Source: Candidatus Hydrogenedentota bacterium
Lineage (GTDB): Bacteria > Hydrogenedentota > Hydrogenedentia > Hydrogenedentales > SLHB01
Reading direction: 5' to 3'
Length of the DNA: 64,000 nucleotides
Assembly: GCA_045863335.1 (NCBI GenBank)
Contig: BTVY01000012.1
Coordinates: 64,001-128,000 of the forward strand
Position numbers and translations under genes: made by a program. Of the stretch, positions 37,424-47,830 are shown piece by piece. A model generated the notes under the pieces. That model was not told where the DNA came from. It did no database searches and worked only from the letters and a program-made list of their open reading frames with translations. Numbering within the stretch: the first letter of the stretch is position 1; each line of letters opens with the position of its first letter.

Positions 37424-37657
37424 TCCGCCGTAAGATAGGCCGTCACGTAGCGATCCGCGCGACGCGGACCCTGCGCTCTTCGCGAACACGCGTTGCAACG
37501 GCGCACAACCTTGATTTCCGAGAGGACATCGGCCGGTTGATGATCCCGTGAATGGCCGTCGAACGGTGTGAAATGAATGACGCGGCGGGAGTTGGCCGGA
37601 CGCAATGGAAAAGCCCCAGCGGATGGCTCGCAATCCACTGGGGCGATTTGTTTTACA

Positions 37658-37734
37658 TGGTGCCGGTGCACGGATTCGAACCGCGGACACGTGGATTATG
37701 ATTCCACTGCTCTAACCAGCTGAGCTACACCGGC
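37658..37734 (-). tRNA. tRNA-Met(CAT), elongator-like
   Basis: GCCGGTGTAGCTCAGCTGGTTAGAGCAGTGGAATCATAATCCACGTGTCCGCGGTTCGAATCCGTGCACCGGCACCA; cloverleaf, encoded CCA. Confidence 0.95.
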
Positions 37735-37845
37735 ATCGGGAAACGAAGGCGTAGCGTAGCATAGGAACGTCGCCTAATTCCACTTTCATGCGCAGGTCGC
37801 GGCGGCGGGGAACGCCGTTTTTGGGGACAGAGCCGCAGGTGCTTC

Positions 37846-37952
37846 TTATGGACGGTATGGACGATATGGACTGGAAATCTGGCGCCTTGACGTAGGCGCA
37901 GGCCCCTTTCGGTGTCCGTCAGTCCATCCCATATCGTCCATCCCGTCCATAA
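37846..37952. repeat. Inverted repeat built from 9-bp-period ATGGAC units
   Basis: 37846-37869 vs 37929-37952: 23/24 reverse-complement match. Confidence 0.8.
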
Positions 37953-38013
37953 AGCCAAGCCCTTCCGGCCGTCTGGTATACTCCAGTGGAAGGTATTTTG
38001 CGAGGTTCTTCCC

Positions 38014-38391
38014 ATGATCGTTCATCGCTGCGACGGGTGCGGCAAGGAAATGCGCAAGGGCGATCTGCGTTACACGGTCAAGATCGATGTGCGGGCCGCC
38101 TACGACAAGATGGAGATCAGCCTGGCCGACTTGGTCCGCGATCATCGTGCCGAGATCCTGGCGCTTATCGAGCGAATGGAGAAGAAAGATCCAAAGGACC
38201 TCGAGGAATCGGTCTACAAGGCATTCAGCCTGGACCTGTGTCCGCTGTGTCAGCGGGCCTACATTCGCGATCCGTTGCGGTTTCATCCCGAGATGGGTGA
38301 AACGGATATGGAAATCGACATCGATGGTTTTCTTCGCTCGCTGGGAGTGAACCGCAAAGCGGGTGACGACGAAGACGAATTGCCCGAGTGA
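38014..38391 (+). CDS. Hypothetical protein with two CxxC pairs (putative zinc binding)
   Basis: HRCDGCGK ... LDLCPLCQRAY..DPL. Confidence 0.75.
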   Translation: MIVHRCDGCGKEMRKGDLRYTVKIDVRAAYDKMEISLADLVRDHRAEILALIERMEKKDPKDLEESVYKAFSLDLCPLCQRAYIRDPLRFHPEMGETDMEIDIDGFLRSLGVNRKAGDDEDELPE

Positions 38392-38400
38392 GGCCTTGGC

Positions 38401-38544
38401 TCACGGTTGGGTCTTCTTGGTTTCGGCGTCTTTCTTGGAGTCCGGCGCGTCCCCCGTTTCCCGTGTATCGTCACGGAGTGCGATAATCGCCCACAGCACG
38501 AGCGTAACCACCATCAACGCCATGAAGAGGTAATACGACCACAT
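38401..38544 (-). CDS. Small single-pass membrane protein
   Basis: MWSYYLFMALMVVTLVLWAIIAL plus charged tail; GGGGAG RBS. Confidence 0.55.
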   Translation of the reverse strand: MWSYYLFMALMVVTLVLWAIIALRDDTRETGDAPDSKKDAETKKTQP

Positions 38545-38657
38545 GCACGATTGCTCCCCTTGCCTTGTTCCAGCGCGAAACCAGCGATGCGAGTTGGCAT
38601 GATACCACCCGGCGTCGCGCAATCGCCAAATCGCGAGCAGTGCTGTAAAACGAGATC

Positions 38658-39503
38658 TTGTCCGTGATCTATCCGCGAGATGACCAGAAGCACGAACATG
38701 TCGCCGAGCACTATGACGACCTCAGCAAATGGTACCTGGAGATCTGGGGCGAGCACGTTCATCACGGCCTCTGGGAAACCGGCGGCGAGAGCGCGGAGCT
38801 GGCAGTCCAGCAACTGACCCAGTTGATCGCGCGGGAAACCGGGATTACGAAAGATTCGGTCGTGGTGGATATCGGCTGCGGCTACGGTGGCACGGCCCGG
38901 ATCCTGGCAAACGGATTCGGCGCGCAAGTGACCGGCTACACCCTTTCCCAAGCGCAATACGATTACGCCGTCGCCCGAACGAATGGAAGTGCCAATCCGC
39001 GGTACCGGCTTCAGAATTGGTTCGACAACGAACTTCCGGACGGATCCGTAGACGTCGCGATTTCCATCGAAAGTTCGGAACACATGGAGGACAAACCGCG
39101 GTTTTTCGCCGAAGTTAACCGGGTCCTGAAACCGGGCGGCCGATTCGGCGTCTATGCCTGGCTCGCGCGAAACAAACCGTCGCCACGGCAGGTGGACTGG
39201 TTGCTCGAACCCATCTGCCGGGAAGGCCGCCTGCCCAGCATGGGCGACGAAGAAGACTACCGGAAGATGATGTGGGAATCCGGATTTGAGGACATTACCT
39301 TCCGGGATCTCAGCCGGAACGTTCGCAAGACCTGGCCCATCATCGTGGGCCGCATGGCGAAACGCCTCACGCACGACCGGGAAGCCTGGCGCTTCTTGTT
39401 CCATGGCCCGAACCGCGTGTTCGGGATTACCATCTTCCGCATCTGGGCCGCCTATTATCTCGGGGCTATGCGGTACGGACTATTCACCTGCGCGAAACCA
39501 TGA
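38658..39503 (+). CDS. SAM-dependent methyltransferase (tocopherol/sterol MT-like)
   Basis: HYD..WGEHVHHGLW, VVDIGCGYGG, IESSEHM.DK, RVLKPGG. Confidence 0.88.
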   Translation: MSVIYPRDDQKHEHVAEHYDDLSKWYLEIWGEHVHHGLWETGGESAELAVQQLTQLIARETGITKDSVVVDIGCGYGGTARILANGFGAQVTGYTLSQAQYDYAVARTNGSANPRYRLQNWFDNELPDGSVDVAISIESSEHMEDKPRFFAEVNRVLKPGGRFGVYAWLARNKPSPRQVDWLLEPICREGRLPSMGDEEDYRKMMWESGFEDITFRDLSRNVRKTWPIIVGRMAKRLTHDREAWRFLFHGPNRVFGITIFRIWAAYYLGAMRYGLFTCAKP

Positions 39504-39547
39504 TAGGCTGAAGGCCGGTTCAACCGCATCAGTTCAGGAGAGCGCCC

Positions 39548-40402
39548 ATGGCCATCGTTGAAGATATCCGGTCTGAAATCGACGGGGAACTGAAGTTGTG
39601 TCCCGAACGCGTGACGCTCGGAAGTGTGGGGATTAGCCGCTTTATCCTCGGGGCCAATCCGTTCGGCGGCTACGCCCACCAGACCCGCGAACGGGACGAG
39701 GAGATGCGCGACTGGTATACCATGGAACGCGTCAAGGAGTGTTACCGGCTGGCGGAAGAGGCAGGCGTCACCACGCATCTGGGCCGCGCCGACGAATTTA
39801 TCCTGCGCGCCTTGCGCGAGCATCGAAACGAAGGCGGATCGCTGCTATGGATCGCTCAGACCTGTCCGGGAGTCGGTTCGATTCAACACGGCGTGACGAA
39901 CGCGATCCATGGGCGCGCCCGGTGCTGCTTCATTCACGGCGGCGAGATGGACTATCGCGTCGCCAATGGAGAAACGAAAGAGGTTTCCGAAGCGGTCGTG
40001 ATGATCAAAGACCACGGCATGGCCGTGGGGACTGCCGGCCACCGGACGGAAACGATCCGGTGGGCCGCTGACCATCTTGACCTGGATTTCTTTATGACCA
40101 GCTACTACAACCCCGACGACCGCACGCGCCAAGCCCATCGCAATTACGAGGATGAAGAGTACTACGGCGCCGAACATCGCGAGGCCATGTGCGCGCTTAT
40201 CCAGGAACTGCCCGCGCCCGCGATCCACTACAAGGTCATGGCTGCGGGACGCAACGATCCGCGGGAGGCATTCGAGTACGTGGCGGACGCTTACCGTCCC
40301 GGCGACGCCGTATGCGTCGGGATATTTACCAAGGAAGGCCGCAACATGATTCAAGAGGACGTCGACCTGCTCGAATCGGCCCTGCGCGCGCGCGGAAAGT
40401 AG
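39548..40402 (+). CDS. Hypothetical aldo/keto-reductase-like TIM barrel protein
   Basis: ISRFILGANPFGGYAH, HYKVMAAGR..P.EAF, VCVGIF. Confidence 0.7.
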   Translation: MAIVEDIRSEIDGELKLCPERVTLGSVGISRFILGANPFGGYAHQTRERDEEMRDWYTMERVKECYRLAEEAGVTTHLGRADEFILRALREHRNEGGSLLWIAQTCPGVGSIQHGVTNAIHGRARCCFIHGGEMDYRVANGETKEVSEAVVMIKDHGMAVGTAGHRTETIRWAADHLDLDFFMTSYYNPDDRTRQAHRNYEDEEYYGAEHREAMCALIQELPAPAIHYKVMAAGRNDPREAFEYVADAYRPGDAVCVGIFTKEGRNMIQEDVDLLESALRARGK

Positions 40403-40405
40403 CCG

Positions 40406-43400
40406 CTACCGCTCCAGTGCTTTCCGGACGACGTCGTACAGCGTCGCGGCCAGATAGGGCTTCTGGAGAAAACCGGCAACGCCGTCCTCATGGAATCGCT
40501 GTGCCGCTTCGGATTCGCTAAAGCCGCTCGTAAGAACGATAGGGATGTCGTTGCGGATCGCCCGCAAGGCGCGCAACGTGTCCAGAGAACTCATGCGCGG
40601 CATGGTCATATCTAGCAGTACAAGCCGAATGGTATTCGCGGTCCGGCTGAAAACCTCCACCGCCTCCTGCCCGTCGCGGGACGGAATCGGCAAGAACCCC
40701 GCCCGCGTTAACAGCTTATTCACCAGTTCGAGCACTTGAGGTTCGTCCTCCACCACAAGGATAGAACCTGAACCCACATAACGCGCTGGAGCTCTATCAT
40801 CCGGCTCCGGGAGGCGGGGCGATTGGGCCGACGCCGGAATGTGCACCGTAAACGTCGTTCCCTTGCCTTGCGTGGACCGGACGTCAATTGCCCCGCGATG
40901 GCCGCGAACGATTCCAAGAACCGCCGCCATTCCGAGACCCCGTCCTGTGAACTTCGTCGTAAAGAACGGGTCGAACATGCGCGCCATGGTCTCGCCGTCC
41001 ATCCCGCAACCGGTGTCGGAAATCGCGATCGAGACATACGTGCCGGAGGGCAGTTCCTCGCCCAAATAGTTCGTGCTAAGCGCCGCTTCGTTCATGTACT
41101 GCGCGGACGTCCGAATAACGATATCGCCTTCTGCATCGCCGATGGATTCCGAAGCATTGGTGATTAGATTCATAATGATCTGACGCAGCTGCGTAACGTC
41201 GACTTCCACCGCGGGCAATGCGTCCGCGAAATTGTAGTGGAGCGCGACCCGCTTCGAAACGGACACGGATAAGAGATGAGCCATCTCGCGGACCACTCCG
41301 TTCAAATCGATCGGTTGAACTACAAAGTGCCCCTTCCCCGAGTACGCGAGCATCTGCCTGCACAGTTCGGCCGCCCGCTGCGCGGAAGTGACGATTGCGT
41401 CCAGATACTCGCGCTCAGCGCCATCGGCCTGCCGCTCCATAATCGCCAGGTCCGCATTGCCGAGGATGCCCACGAGCAAGTTGTTGAAATCATGCGCGAT
41501 ACCTCCGGCAAGCACGCCCAGGCTCTCGAGCTTCTGGGCATGAAGGATTTGTGCCTCGAGCTTCCGGCGCTCCTCTTCGATAGTGTGGCGGTGGGTGATA
41601 TCCAGGTGGGTGCCCACCGCCCGGAGGGGTTCCCCATCGGCGTCGCGCTCAAAGACGCGGCCCCGATTCAACACCCAGATGTGGCTTCCTGCTTTCGTCT
41701 GCAAACGGTACTCGGCTTCGAAGCGGGGCGTCCTTCCCTGCAGATGGTCGCGCATGGCCCCGGTCGCCGCTCGCACATCGTCGGGATGAATACGGGAGCG
41801 CATCACATAGCCCGCGGGGAGCAGTTCGTTCGGTGCAAATCCAAGCATCTCGATGAAACGGTCGTTCACGGTGAGCCGATCGTTCGTCAAATCCCAGTCC
41901 CACAACCCAAGATCGGCGCCGCGCAACGCCAGTTCAAATCGTTCCTCGCTGTCGCGGAGCGCCTCTTCCGACCCCTTGCGCTCTGTAATGTCAGACAACA
42001 TCCCGATGCTTCCGACCACGACGCCTTCGTCGTCCTGGATCTCCACCGACGCATCCGTGATCCACCGTTCCGATCCGTTCTTCGCGCGGACACGATTGTC
42101 GCTGCGCCAGTACTTGAACTCACCCGCCCGCGTTCGCGCGACGGCCTCTCCATAGGGCAGCCCTTTCATTTCGCCCAATGTCCGCACTTCCAACTGAATC
42201 GACTCCCACTTTCCGGTCGTGAGTTCGGCAGGCGTGTACCCGGTCAGCCGCTCGATCTCCGGGCCCATGAAGAGAAACGCATCCTTGCCGTCGGAATAGT
42301 CACGCACATACGGCACCGCGTCGGAAGCGGCAATGGCCCTCCGGTACAGATTCTCAGTCTTTTCCTGTGCGCGCCGAGCCAATTCCTTTTCGGTCGAGTC
42401 GTGCGCCACCATGACGCAGTGCGTAATGCGCTTTTCCACCTCCACGTAGGGGATGTACTCGAACCGGAAATAGCGGCGCCCGAGCCCGGCCGTTTCGTAC
42501 CAGCCCTCCGTGACTTCCGATCGCCCCTCGAAACAGCGCGACAAGTACTCGCGGATGGTAAACTCGTAGGGCGTTTCTCCCCAGATGCGCGCGACCGGTT
42601 GCCCGATAATCGCGCTTCGATCCAGACCGTGTACGCGGCAGAACGCATCGTTAACCGCCTCGTATCGGTACTCCCGGTCAACCAGAGCCATCTGTTCGCC
42701 GAGTGCGTTCGCGATAAACTCGGACCGCCGCCACATATCATGGGCTTTCTTGTGGTCCGTTACCGCGGCCCCCAGCGACAGCCCCGTCAACGCCAGCGCG
42801 AGCAGAAACAGTTGCATCTCCGCCACGTCCGCCCGGTACCCTTGAGCCACAATCGCGCCAGCCGTTAAGCAGGCAATGAGCAACACCGCCGCCGCACTTC
42901 CCCGGTTTCCCAAGCGGAGGGCGGCCCAAATCAACGGGATGAACGTCAGGTACAACCGGCTGCCCGAGGGATCGGTGCGCTCGTCCAGCGCGATCCAAAG
43001 CGAAAACATAAGCACCGCCACCCAGGCCGCGATTTCGAGAACGTGGCGTTGGTTCCAGGACCCCATGCTCAACTGCAACCCACGCCGGCCAGAACCTGCA
43101 ACCCCGCCGGCTGCGTCCGGGTCCACAGGGCAAAGCAATCGAATCACAAGAAACAGGGCAGGCGCCAGGGTGAAAATCCCCACGACATCGCCCAGGGCAA
43201 AGTCCCGGGCTGTCACCAGGTATGCCCCGCGGCCAACTGCGCCGGTGCAATAGAGGTACGTTGCAAACGCGAATCCCGCCGCGATCGATGCCGGAGCAAT
43301 CGTCATGACGAACCAGGCCGCGTCGCGCAATCGGGCCAGGTCGGTTTGGATGCGCGCACCGTGGCGCAACCACGCAGCCGCCGTGCAATACAACGAGACG

Positions 43401-43687
43401 GAGGCGAAGGAAAGCACCAGCGGACCAAGATGGAGTGGTCCGGGAGGAAAGTCCCAGACGAGGTAATTGCACACGGCGATCGTGACAAACGCCGCAACCG
43501 CGTACCGAAGCCCGAACGCCACGAACAACACGACAGTGAGTGCAACGGGCGGATACCACGGTACAACGCCTTGCGGGGATTGGATAGTCCGAGTCGCCGC
43601 GTCCAACGGTATGAACGCCGACACATACAGCAGTACGACGAGTGCGTGCTTCTGCATTTCGCTCAACCTGGTCAGGGTCATTCCCAT
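40406..43687 (-). CDS. Hybrid sensor histidine kinase (MASE1-PAS x3-HisKA-HATPase-REC)
   Basis: WYPP membrane domain; HPDD PAS; AQKLESLGVLAGGIAHDFNN; DTGCGM, FDPFFTTKFTGRGLG; receiver LLDMTMP..FLQKP; start uncertain. Confidence 0.93.
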   Translation of the reverse strand: MGMTLTRLSEMQKHALVVLLYVSAFIPLDAATRTIQSPQGVVPWYPPVALTVVLFVAFGLRYAVAAFVTIAVCNYLVWDFPPGPLHLGPLVLSFASVSLYCTAAAWLRHGARIQTDLARLRDAAWFVMTIAPASIAAGFAFATYLYCTGAVGRGAYLVTARDFALGDVVGIFTLAPALFLVIRLLCPVDPDAAGGVAGSGRRGLQLSMGSWNQRHVLEIAAWVAVLMFSLWIALDERTDPSGSRLYLTFIPLIWAALRLGNRGSAAAVLLIACLTAGAIVAQGYRADVAEMQLFLLALALTGLSLGAAVTDHKKAHDMWRRSEFIANALGEQMALVDREYRYEAVNDAFCRVHGLDRSAIIGQPVARIWGETPYEFTIREYLSRCFEGRSEVTEGWYETAGLGRRYFRFEYIPYVEVEKRITHCVMVAHDSTEKELARRAQEKTENLYRRAIAASDAVPYVRDYSDGKDAFLFMGPEIERLTGYTPAELTTGKWESIQLEVRTLGEMKGLPYGEAVARTRAGEFKYWRSDNRVRAKNGSERWITDASVEIQDDEGVVVGSIGMLSDITERKGSEEALRDSEERFELALRGADLGLWDWDLTNDRLTVNDRFIEMLGFAPNELLPAGYVMRSRIHPDDVRAATGAMRDHLQGRTPRFEAEYRLQTKAGSHIWVLNRGRVFERDADGEPLRAVGTHLDITHRHTIEEERRKLEAQILHAQKLESLGVLAGGIAHDFNNLLVGILGNADLAIMERQADGAEREYLDAIVTSAQRAAELCRQMLAYSGKGHFVVQPIDLNGVVREMAHLLSVSVSKRVALHYNFADALPAVEVDVTQLRQIIMNLITNASESIGDAEGDIVIRTSAQYMNEAALSTNYLGEELPSGTYVSIAISDTGCGMDGETMARMFDPFFTTKFTGRGLGMAAVLGIVRGHRGAIDVRSTQGKGTTFTVHIPASAQSPRLPEPDDRAPARYVGSGSILVVEDEPQVLELVNKLLTRAGFLPIPSRDGQEAVEVFSRTANTIRLVLLDMTMPRMSSLDTLRALRAIRNDIPIVLTSGFSESEAAQRFHEDGVAGFLQKPYLAATLYDVVRKALER

Positions 43688-44124
43688 GGCACAGCGTATC
43701 CCAAAGCGGCACATTGAGGGCCGGCCGCCTGCATGCAGCCCCACCCCGGCACGTGCGTCAACCCCGCCGTCACGTATGGGTCCACGGCAACACCGTCGAG
43801 TGTCGTGACGACGCGTTGCACCGCCCACCGCAACAGCCCATCTAAAACATTATAAAACAATGTCTTAGATTCGTCTACCCCTCCAGCGATCTTGAGACCG
43901 GCATCGCGTGTTCTCATGCATCAGGCTCAGAATTCCGACGTGGTGGAAGGCCGGAGAGGTCGCTCAGCGGTAATGTATAGCAGCTCCCGCGTACCGCGGA
44001 ACTGGTGTGCTTCTTAGTACAAATCGGTGGTTTTCAGTCTGGCCCGGCAGAGAAATCCGGTGCTAGCGGGCTTCAGCCACGGGCTGATTGGCCATGCTGC
44101 CGCTAACCCGCTGGGATGCTTGTC

Positions 44125-44183
44125 TTGACAGGTTGTGGAATTCCGGAATATAATTCATGTAACATAAGTTTGCTATACTAAAC
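44125..44183 (+). promoter_or_regulatory. Sigma70 promoter with candidate DtxR/MntR-type operator
   Basis: TTGACA 44125-44130, 18-nt spacer, TATAAT 44149-44154; AAGTTTGCTATACTAAAC 44166-44183. Confidence 0.65.
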
Positions 44184-44197
44184 AAAGAGACAACACC

Positions 44198-44782
44198 ATG
44201 AGCAAACCGATCAACGATTCGACATACTGGCGTGATTTCGAAAAAAACGACATCACCCATTCTGCCGCCCATTATCTTATGGCTATCGATGCGTTGCGCG
44301 GCGAATTCGGATACGCGCGCGTGACCGACGTGGCGGAAATGCTCGAAGTTTCGCGCGGTGCAGCATCCATGTCGATTTCTCAACTGAAAAAACGCGGCTG
44401 GGTCGCGGAGGACCCCCATCGTTTTCTGCTGTTAACGGACGAAGGCCATCAGATGGCCGTCCTTGTAGAGCAGAATTTCCGCATCTTGTCCAAGTTCTTC
44501 GAGGAAGTCCTCGGCGTATCGCCGGAGACCGCACTGTCCGACGCGTGCAAGATGGAGCATCTCATGAGCTTGGAGACGGGCAGACGCCTCGTCTGGCTGA
44601 TGCGGTACATTCTAAGCGACGAATCCCGAGCGGCGAAGATTCATGATGTCATGTCCCGATTCCGGCCCGGCTGTGAATCGGTCGATCACTGCCCCCTCTG
44701 CGATGGAGGGGAATGCCTGACCCCGCTCGGTGAAGACTGCGAGTACCACAAGGGCGCGCAGGGAAAGGCCAAGAAATCTTGA
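44198..44782 (+). CDS. DtxR/MntR family metal-dependent transcriptional regulator
   Basis: HYLMAI, ARVTDVAEML.VS, LT.EG, DACKMEH. Confidence 0.9.
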   Translation: MSKPINDSTYWRDFEKNDITHSAAHYLMAIDALRGEFGYARVTDVAEMLEVSRGAASMSISQLKKRGWVAEDPHRFLLLTDEGHQMAVLVEQNFRILSKFFEEVLGVSPETALSDACKMEHLMSLETGRRLVWLMRYILSDESRAAKIHDVMSRFRPGCESVDHCPLCDGGECLTPLGEDCEYHKGAQGKAKKS

Positions 44783-44894
44783 TATTTCATAGCGTGCTCG
44801 GGCACCCTATCAGGATCCGTTGCCGGCCTTCCGGCAGCATGAACGACCGTTCGAGAACGACCGGATTTTGGGGGAATTGGTAGTGGGAGATAGT

Positions 44895-45176
44895 TTGGAT
44901 GTCTTTGAACTCCCGCTGAACGAATGTGAAGCGGGTGAAGAAGGGATTGTCGTTGCGCTCGACACGGATGCCGGCTTGGCATCCCGTCTCCGCGAGTTGG
45001 GGCTCGTGCCCGGTGCGGTAATTCGTATCGCGCGAACGGGATCCCCAATGATTGTGGAGGTCGGCAATTCCCGGTTCTGTCTGCGGGGCGAAGAGGCCTC
45101 GCGTGTAGTCGTACGGATTGCGCTGGGCCCGGGTGCAATTCCCGCCATGGCGGGGGTCGAATTCAGTCTCGAGTAA
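44895..45176 (+). CDS. feoA: Ferrous iron transport protein A
   Basis: RLRELGLVPG..I...GSPMIVEV..SRFCLR; TTG start assumed. Confidence 0.82.
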   Translation: MDVFELPLNECEAGEEGIVVALDTDAGLASRLRELGLVPGAVIRIARTGSPMIVEVGNSRFCLRGEEASRVVVRIALGPGAIPAMAGVEFSLE

Positions 45177-45225
45177 ACGTGTGCCGGCGGCATACTGACT
45201 GCCGTTGCGCGCCTATGGGTGGGCC

Positions 45226-45450
45226 ATGCGAATCCTGAGTCAACTCAAGCCCGGCGAGTCCGGGACCATCACCGCGCTTCATGGGGACGGGGCCATTCAC
45301 CAGCGCCTGCTGGAAATGGGCGTCATCGAAGGCATCCCCGTCGAGGTCGTACGCATCGCGCCTTTCGGCGATCCCATCGAGATCCGTATCCAGGGTTATC
45401 ATTTATCCCTCCGGAAAACGGAAGCCGCGTTCGTTGAATTAGACGCATAA
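45226..45450 (+). CDS. feoA: Ferrous iron transport protein A
   Basis: RLLEMG, APFGDPIEI.I.GY.LSLRK.EA. Confidence 0.93.
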   Translation: MRILSQLKPGESGTITALHGDGAIHQRLLEMGVIEGIPVEVVRIAPFGDPIEIRIQGYHLSLRKTEAAFVELDA

Positions 45451-45461
45451 CGAATTCTGAA

Positions 45462-47696
45462 ATGGAAACTACCGCACACACGATATCGAGTTCCCCCCGG
45501 TCGATAGCCATTGCCGTCGTTGGCAATCCGAATGTCGGCAAAACGACGTTGTTTAACGCGCTCACGGGACTCACACAAATCACCGGCAATTACCCCGGCG
45601 TTACCGTCGAGCGCAAAGTCGGTCAACTCCGGTTGAACGGCACCACCGCGAACCTGGTCGACTTGCCCGGAACCTACAGTCTTGCGGCACGGTCCCCCGA
45701 CGAGATGATCGTGGCCGACGTACTCCTGGGTCAGCAAAAGGGCGAACAACCCATTGACGCAATCCTGGCCGTGGTGGACGCGACCAACCTCGAGCGCAAT
45801 CTGTATCTCGTCTCGCAGCTCCGGGAACTGGGCAAGCCGCTCGTTGTCGCGCTCAACATGTGCGATCTCGCGGCCAAGCAGCATATCGAAATTGACGCCG
45901 AGAAAGTTGCTGCCGAACTCGGCGCTAAGGTCGTCCCCGTCTGCGCCTACCGTCGCGAAGGAATTGACACGCTCAAGAAGGTGCTGCAGGAGGCAATAAC
46001 CGGCTCGAACCTTTCCCTGCCGCAAGGCCCTGAGTTTCCGTCGACACTGGTGCAGGAACTGGACGCGTTGAAAGCCAAGCTGGACGAGCACGGGGCCGAG
46101 TTGGGCAAGGTATTCCACTTCACCGAAGTGCTCCGGCTCCTTGTCGACCGGGACGGATATGCTGAGCAGCGGCTTGCCGGCAGCTTGGGCAGAGGAGTGG
46201 ACGATCTCCTCGACGAACACCGCAAACGCGCCGCACCCAATGGTTCGCTCGCCGCGCTCGAAGCCCGCAGCCGTTACGCATGGATTCGGGGGGTTGTCGC
46301 GGCCGGCGTTCGCAAACCGGCCACGCGCAACCTGACGTTCTCGGATAGACTGGACAGTATAGTCACGCACCGCGTGTGGGGCACCCTGGTTTTTGCGATT
46401 ATCATGGCGACAGGTTTCCAGGCGATCTTTGCCTGGGCCGGTCCGTTGATGGATGCCATTGATGCGGCGTGTACGGGACTGGGCGCCCTGGCCGGAAGTG
46501 TTCTGCCCGAAGGCCCGCTACAAAGTCTCGTCGTCGATGGAATCTTCGCGGGCGTGGGCGCCGTGCTCGTCTTCATTCCCCAGATCCTGATCCTCATGTT
46601 GTTCATTGCCATCCTCGAAGATTGCGGTTACATGGCCCGTGCCGCATTTCTCATGGACCGGCTGCTCAGCCGCTGCGGACTGTCCGGCCAGTCATTCATC
46701 CCCATGCTCTCGAGCTTCGCCTGTGCGATTCCGGGCATCATGGCCACGCGCACCATCTCCAATCGCCGGGACCGATTGACCACGATTCTTGTCGCACCGC
46801 TGATGAGTTGTTCGGCCCGTCTCCCCGTCTACACCCTGATGATTGCCGCGTTCATTCCCGCGGAGCGGTATCTGGGCGGGGTCTTTGGCCTCCAGGGCCT
46901 AACCCTGTTCGCCATGTACAGCCTGGGCATCGTGGTCGCCATCCCCGTCGCATGGGGTTTGAAGCGAACTCTGCTGCGCGGCGCGACTCCGCCCTTTCTC
47001 CTGGAGCTGCCCACATACAAGATGCCTCACTGGCGTACCGTCGGCCGGAAGGTCTACAACCAGGGCAAGGAATTCGTCTGGCGCGCGGGTACCATCATCT
47101 TCGCCATTACCGTCGTTGTCTGGGCGCTAGCCTACTTCCCGCGATCGGAGGAAATCGCGCAGCAATTCGAAACGGAACGGAATGCCGTCGAAACCGGCGA
47201 ACTGGCTCCAGAAGTTCGCGAGGCCCGGCTCGCCGAGATCCAGTCGCAAGAAAGCGGCGCACACTTGCAGAATAGCTTCTTCGCTCGCATGGGGCATGCG
47301 ATCGAACCGGTCGTGCGACCCCTGGGTTGGGATTGGCGAATCGGTATGGCGACCATTGCATCCTTCCCCGCGCGCGAAGTGGTCGTCGCGACGTTAGGCA
47401 CCACGTTCTTCCTCGGCGGCGACGTGGATGAATCCTCTCCCGAACTTACGGAAGTGCTGCGTCGCGCCGAGCGGGCCGATGGGACCCGCCTGTTCACCAT
47501 CCCGGTTGCATTGTCCATCATGGTGTTCTTCGCCCTCTGTTGTCAGTGCGGCGCAACCCTCGCCGTCATACGCCGGGAAACCGGGTCCATCCGCTGGCCC
47601 ATCTTCGCCTTCGGTTACATGACCTTCCTTGCCTACGCCGGCGCCTTCGCAGTCTATCAACTCACCACCGCGTTGGGTTGGGGGGCTACCCTATGA
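45462..47696 (+). CDS. feoB: Ferrous iron transport protein B
   Basis: GNPNVGKT, NYPGVTVE, DLPGTYS, NMCD, GYMARAAF, CSARLP. Confidence 0.97.
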   Translation: METTAHTISSSPRSIAIAVVGNPNVGKTTLFNALTGLTQITGNYPGVTVERKVGQLRLNGTTANLVDLPGTYSLAARSPDEMIVADVLLGQQKGEQPIDAILAVVDATNLERNLYLVSQLRELGKPLVVALNMCDLAAKQHIEIDAEKVAAELGAKVVPVCAYRREGIDTLKKVLQEAITGSNLSLPQGPEFPSTLVQELDALKAKLDEHGAELGKVFHFTEVLRLLVDRDGYAEQRLAGSLGRGVDDLLDEHRKRAAPNGSLAALEARSRYAWIRGVVAAGVRKPATRNLTFSDRLDSIVTHRVWGTLVFAIIMATGFQAIFAWAGPLMDAIDAACTGLGALAGSVLPEGPLQSLVVDGIFAGVGAVLVFIPQILILMLFIAILEDCGYMARAAFLMDRLLSRCGLSGQSFIPMLSSFACAIPGIMATRTISNRRDRLTTILVAPLMSCSARLPVYTLMIAAFIPAERYLGGVFGLQGLTLFAMYSLGIVVAIPVAWGLKRTLLRGATPPFLLELPTYKMPHWRTVGRKVYNQGKEFVWRAGTIIFAITVVVWALAYFPRSEEIAQQFETERNAVETGELAPEVREARLAEIQSQESGAHLQNSFFARMGHAIEPVVRPLGWDWRIGMATIASFPAREVVVATLGTTFFLGGDVDESSPELTEVLRRAERADGTRLFTIPVALSIMVFFALCCQCGATLAVIRRETGSIRWPIFAFGYMTFLAYAGAFAVYQLTTALGWGATL

Positions 47697-47830
47697 CGTT
47701 TCAATGGTTCATTGTGGGGGGTATCGTGGCTGGGTGCGTCGCCTACCTTCTCCGTCTCACGTGGCGTACGCTTCATGGCCGCGCGACTTCCTGCGGCTGC
47801 AGCGACTGCCCCTCGCAACGCAAATCGTAG
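47693..47830 (+). CDS. FeoB-associated Cys-rich small membrane protein
   Basis: TM helix plus SCGCSDCP; ATGA overlap with feoB. Confidence 0.75.
   Translation: MTFQWFIVGGIVAGCVAYLLRLTWRTLHGRATSCGCSDCPSQRKS

Noticed and set aside
37658-37734. tRNA-Ile2 or initiator tRNA identity (tilS nearby)
   Set aside because: G1-C72 pair and no GGG/CCC anticodon stem exclude initiator; acceptor stem has G4/G5 rather than the C4/C5 TilS determinants
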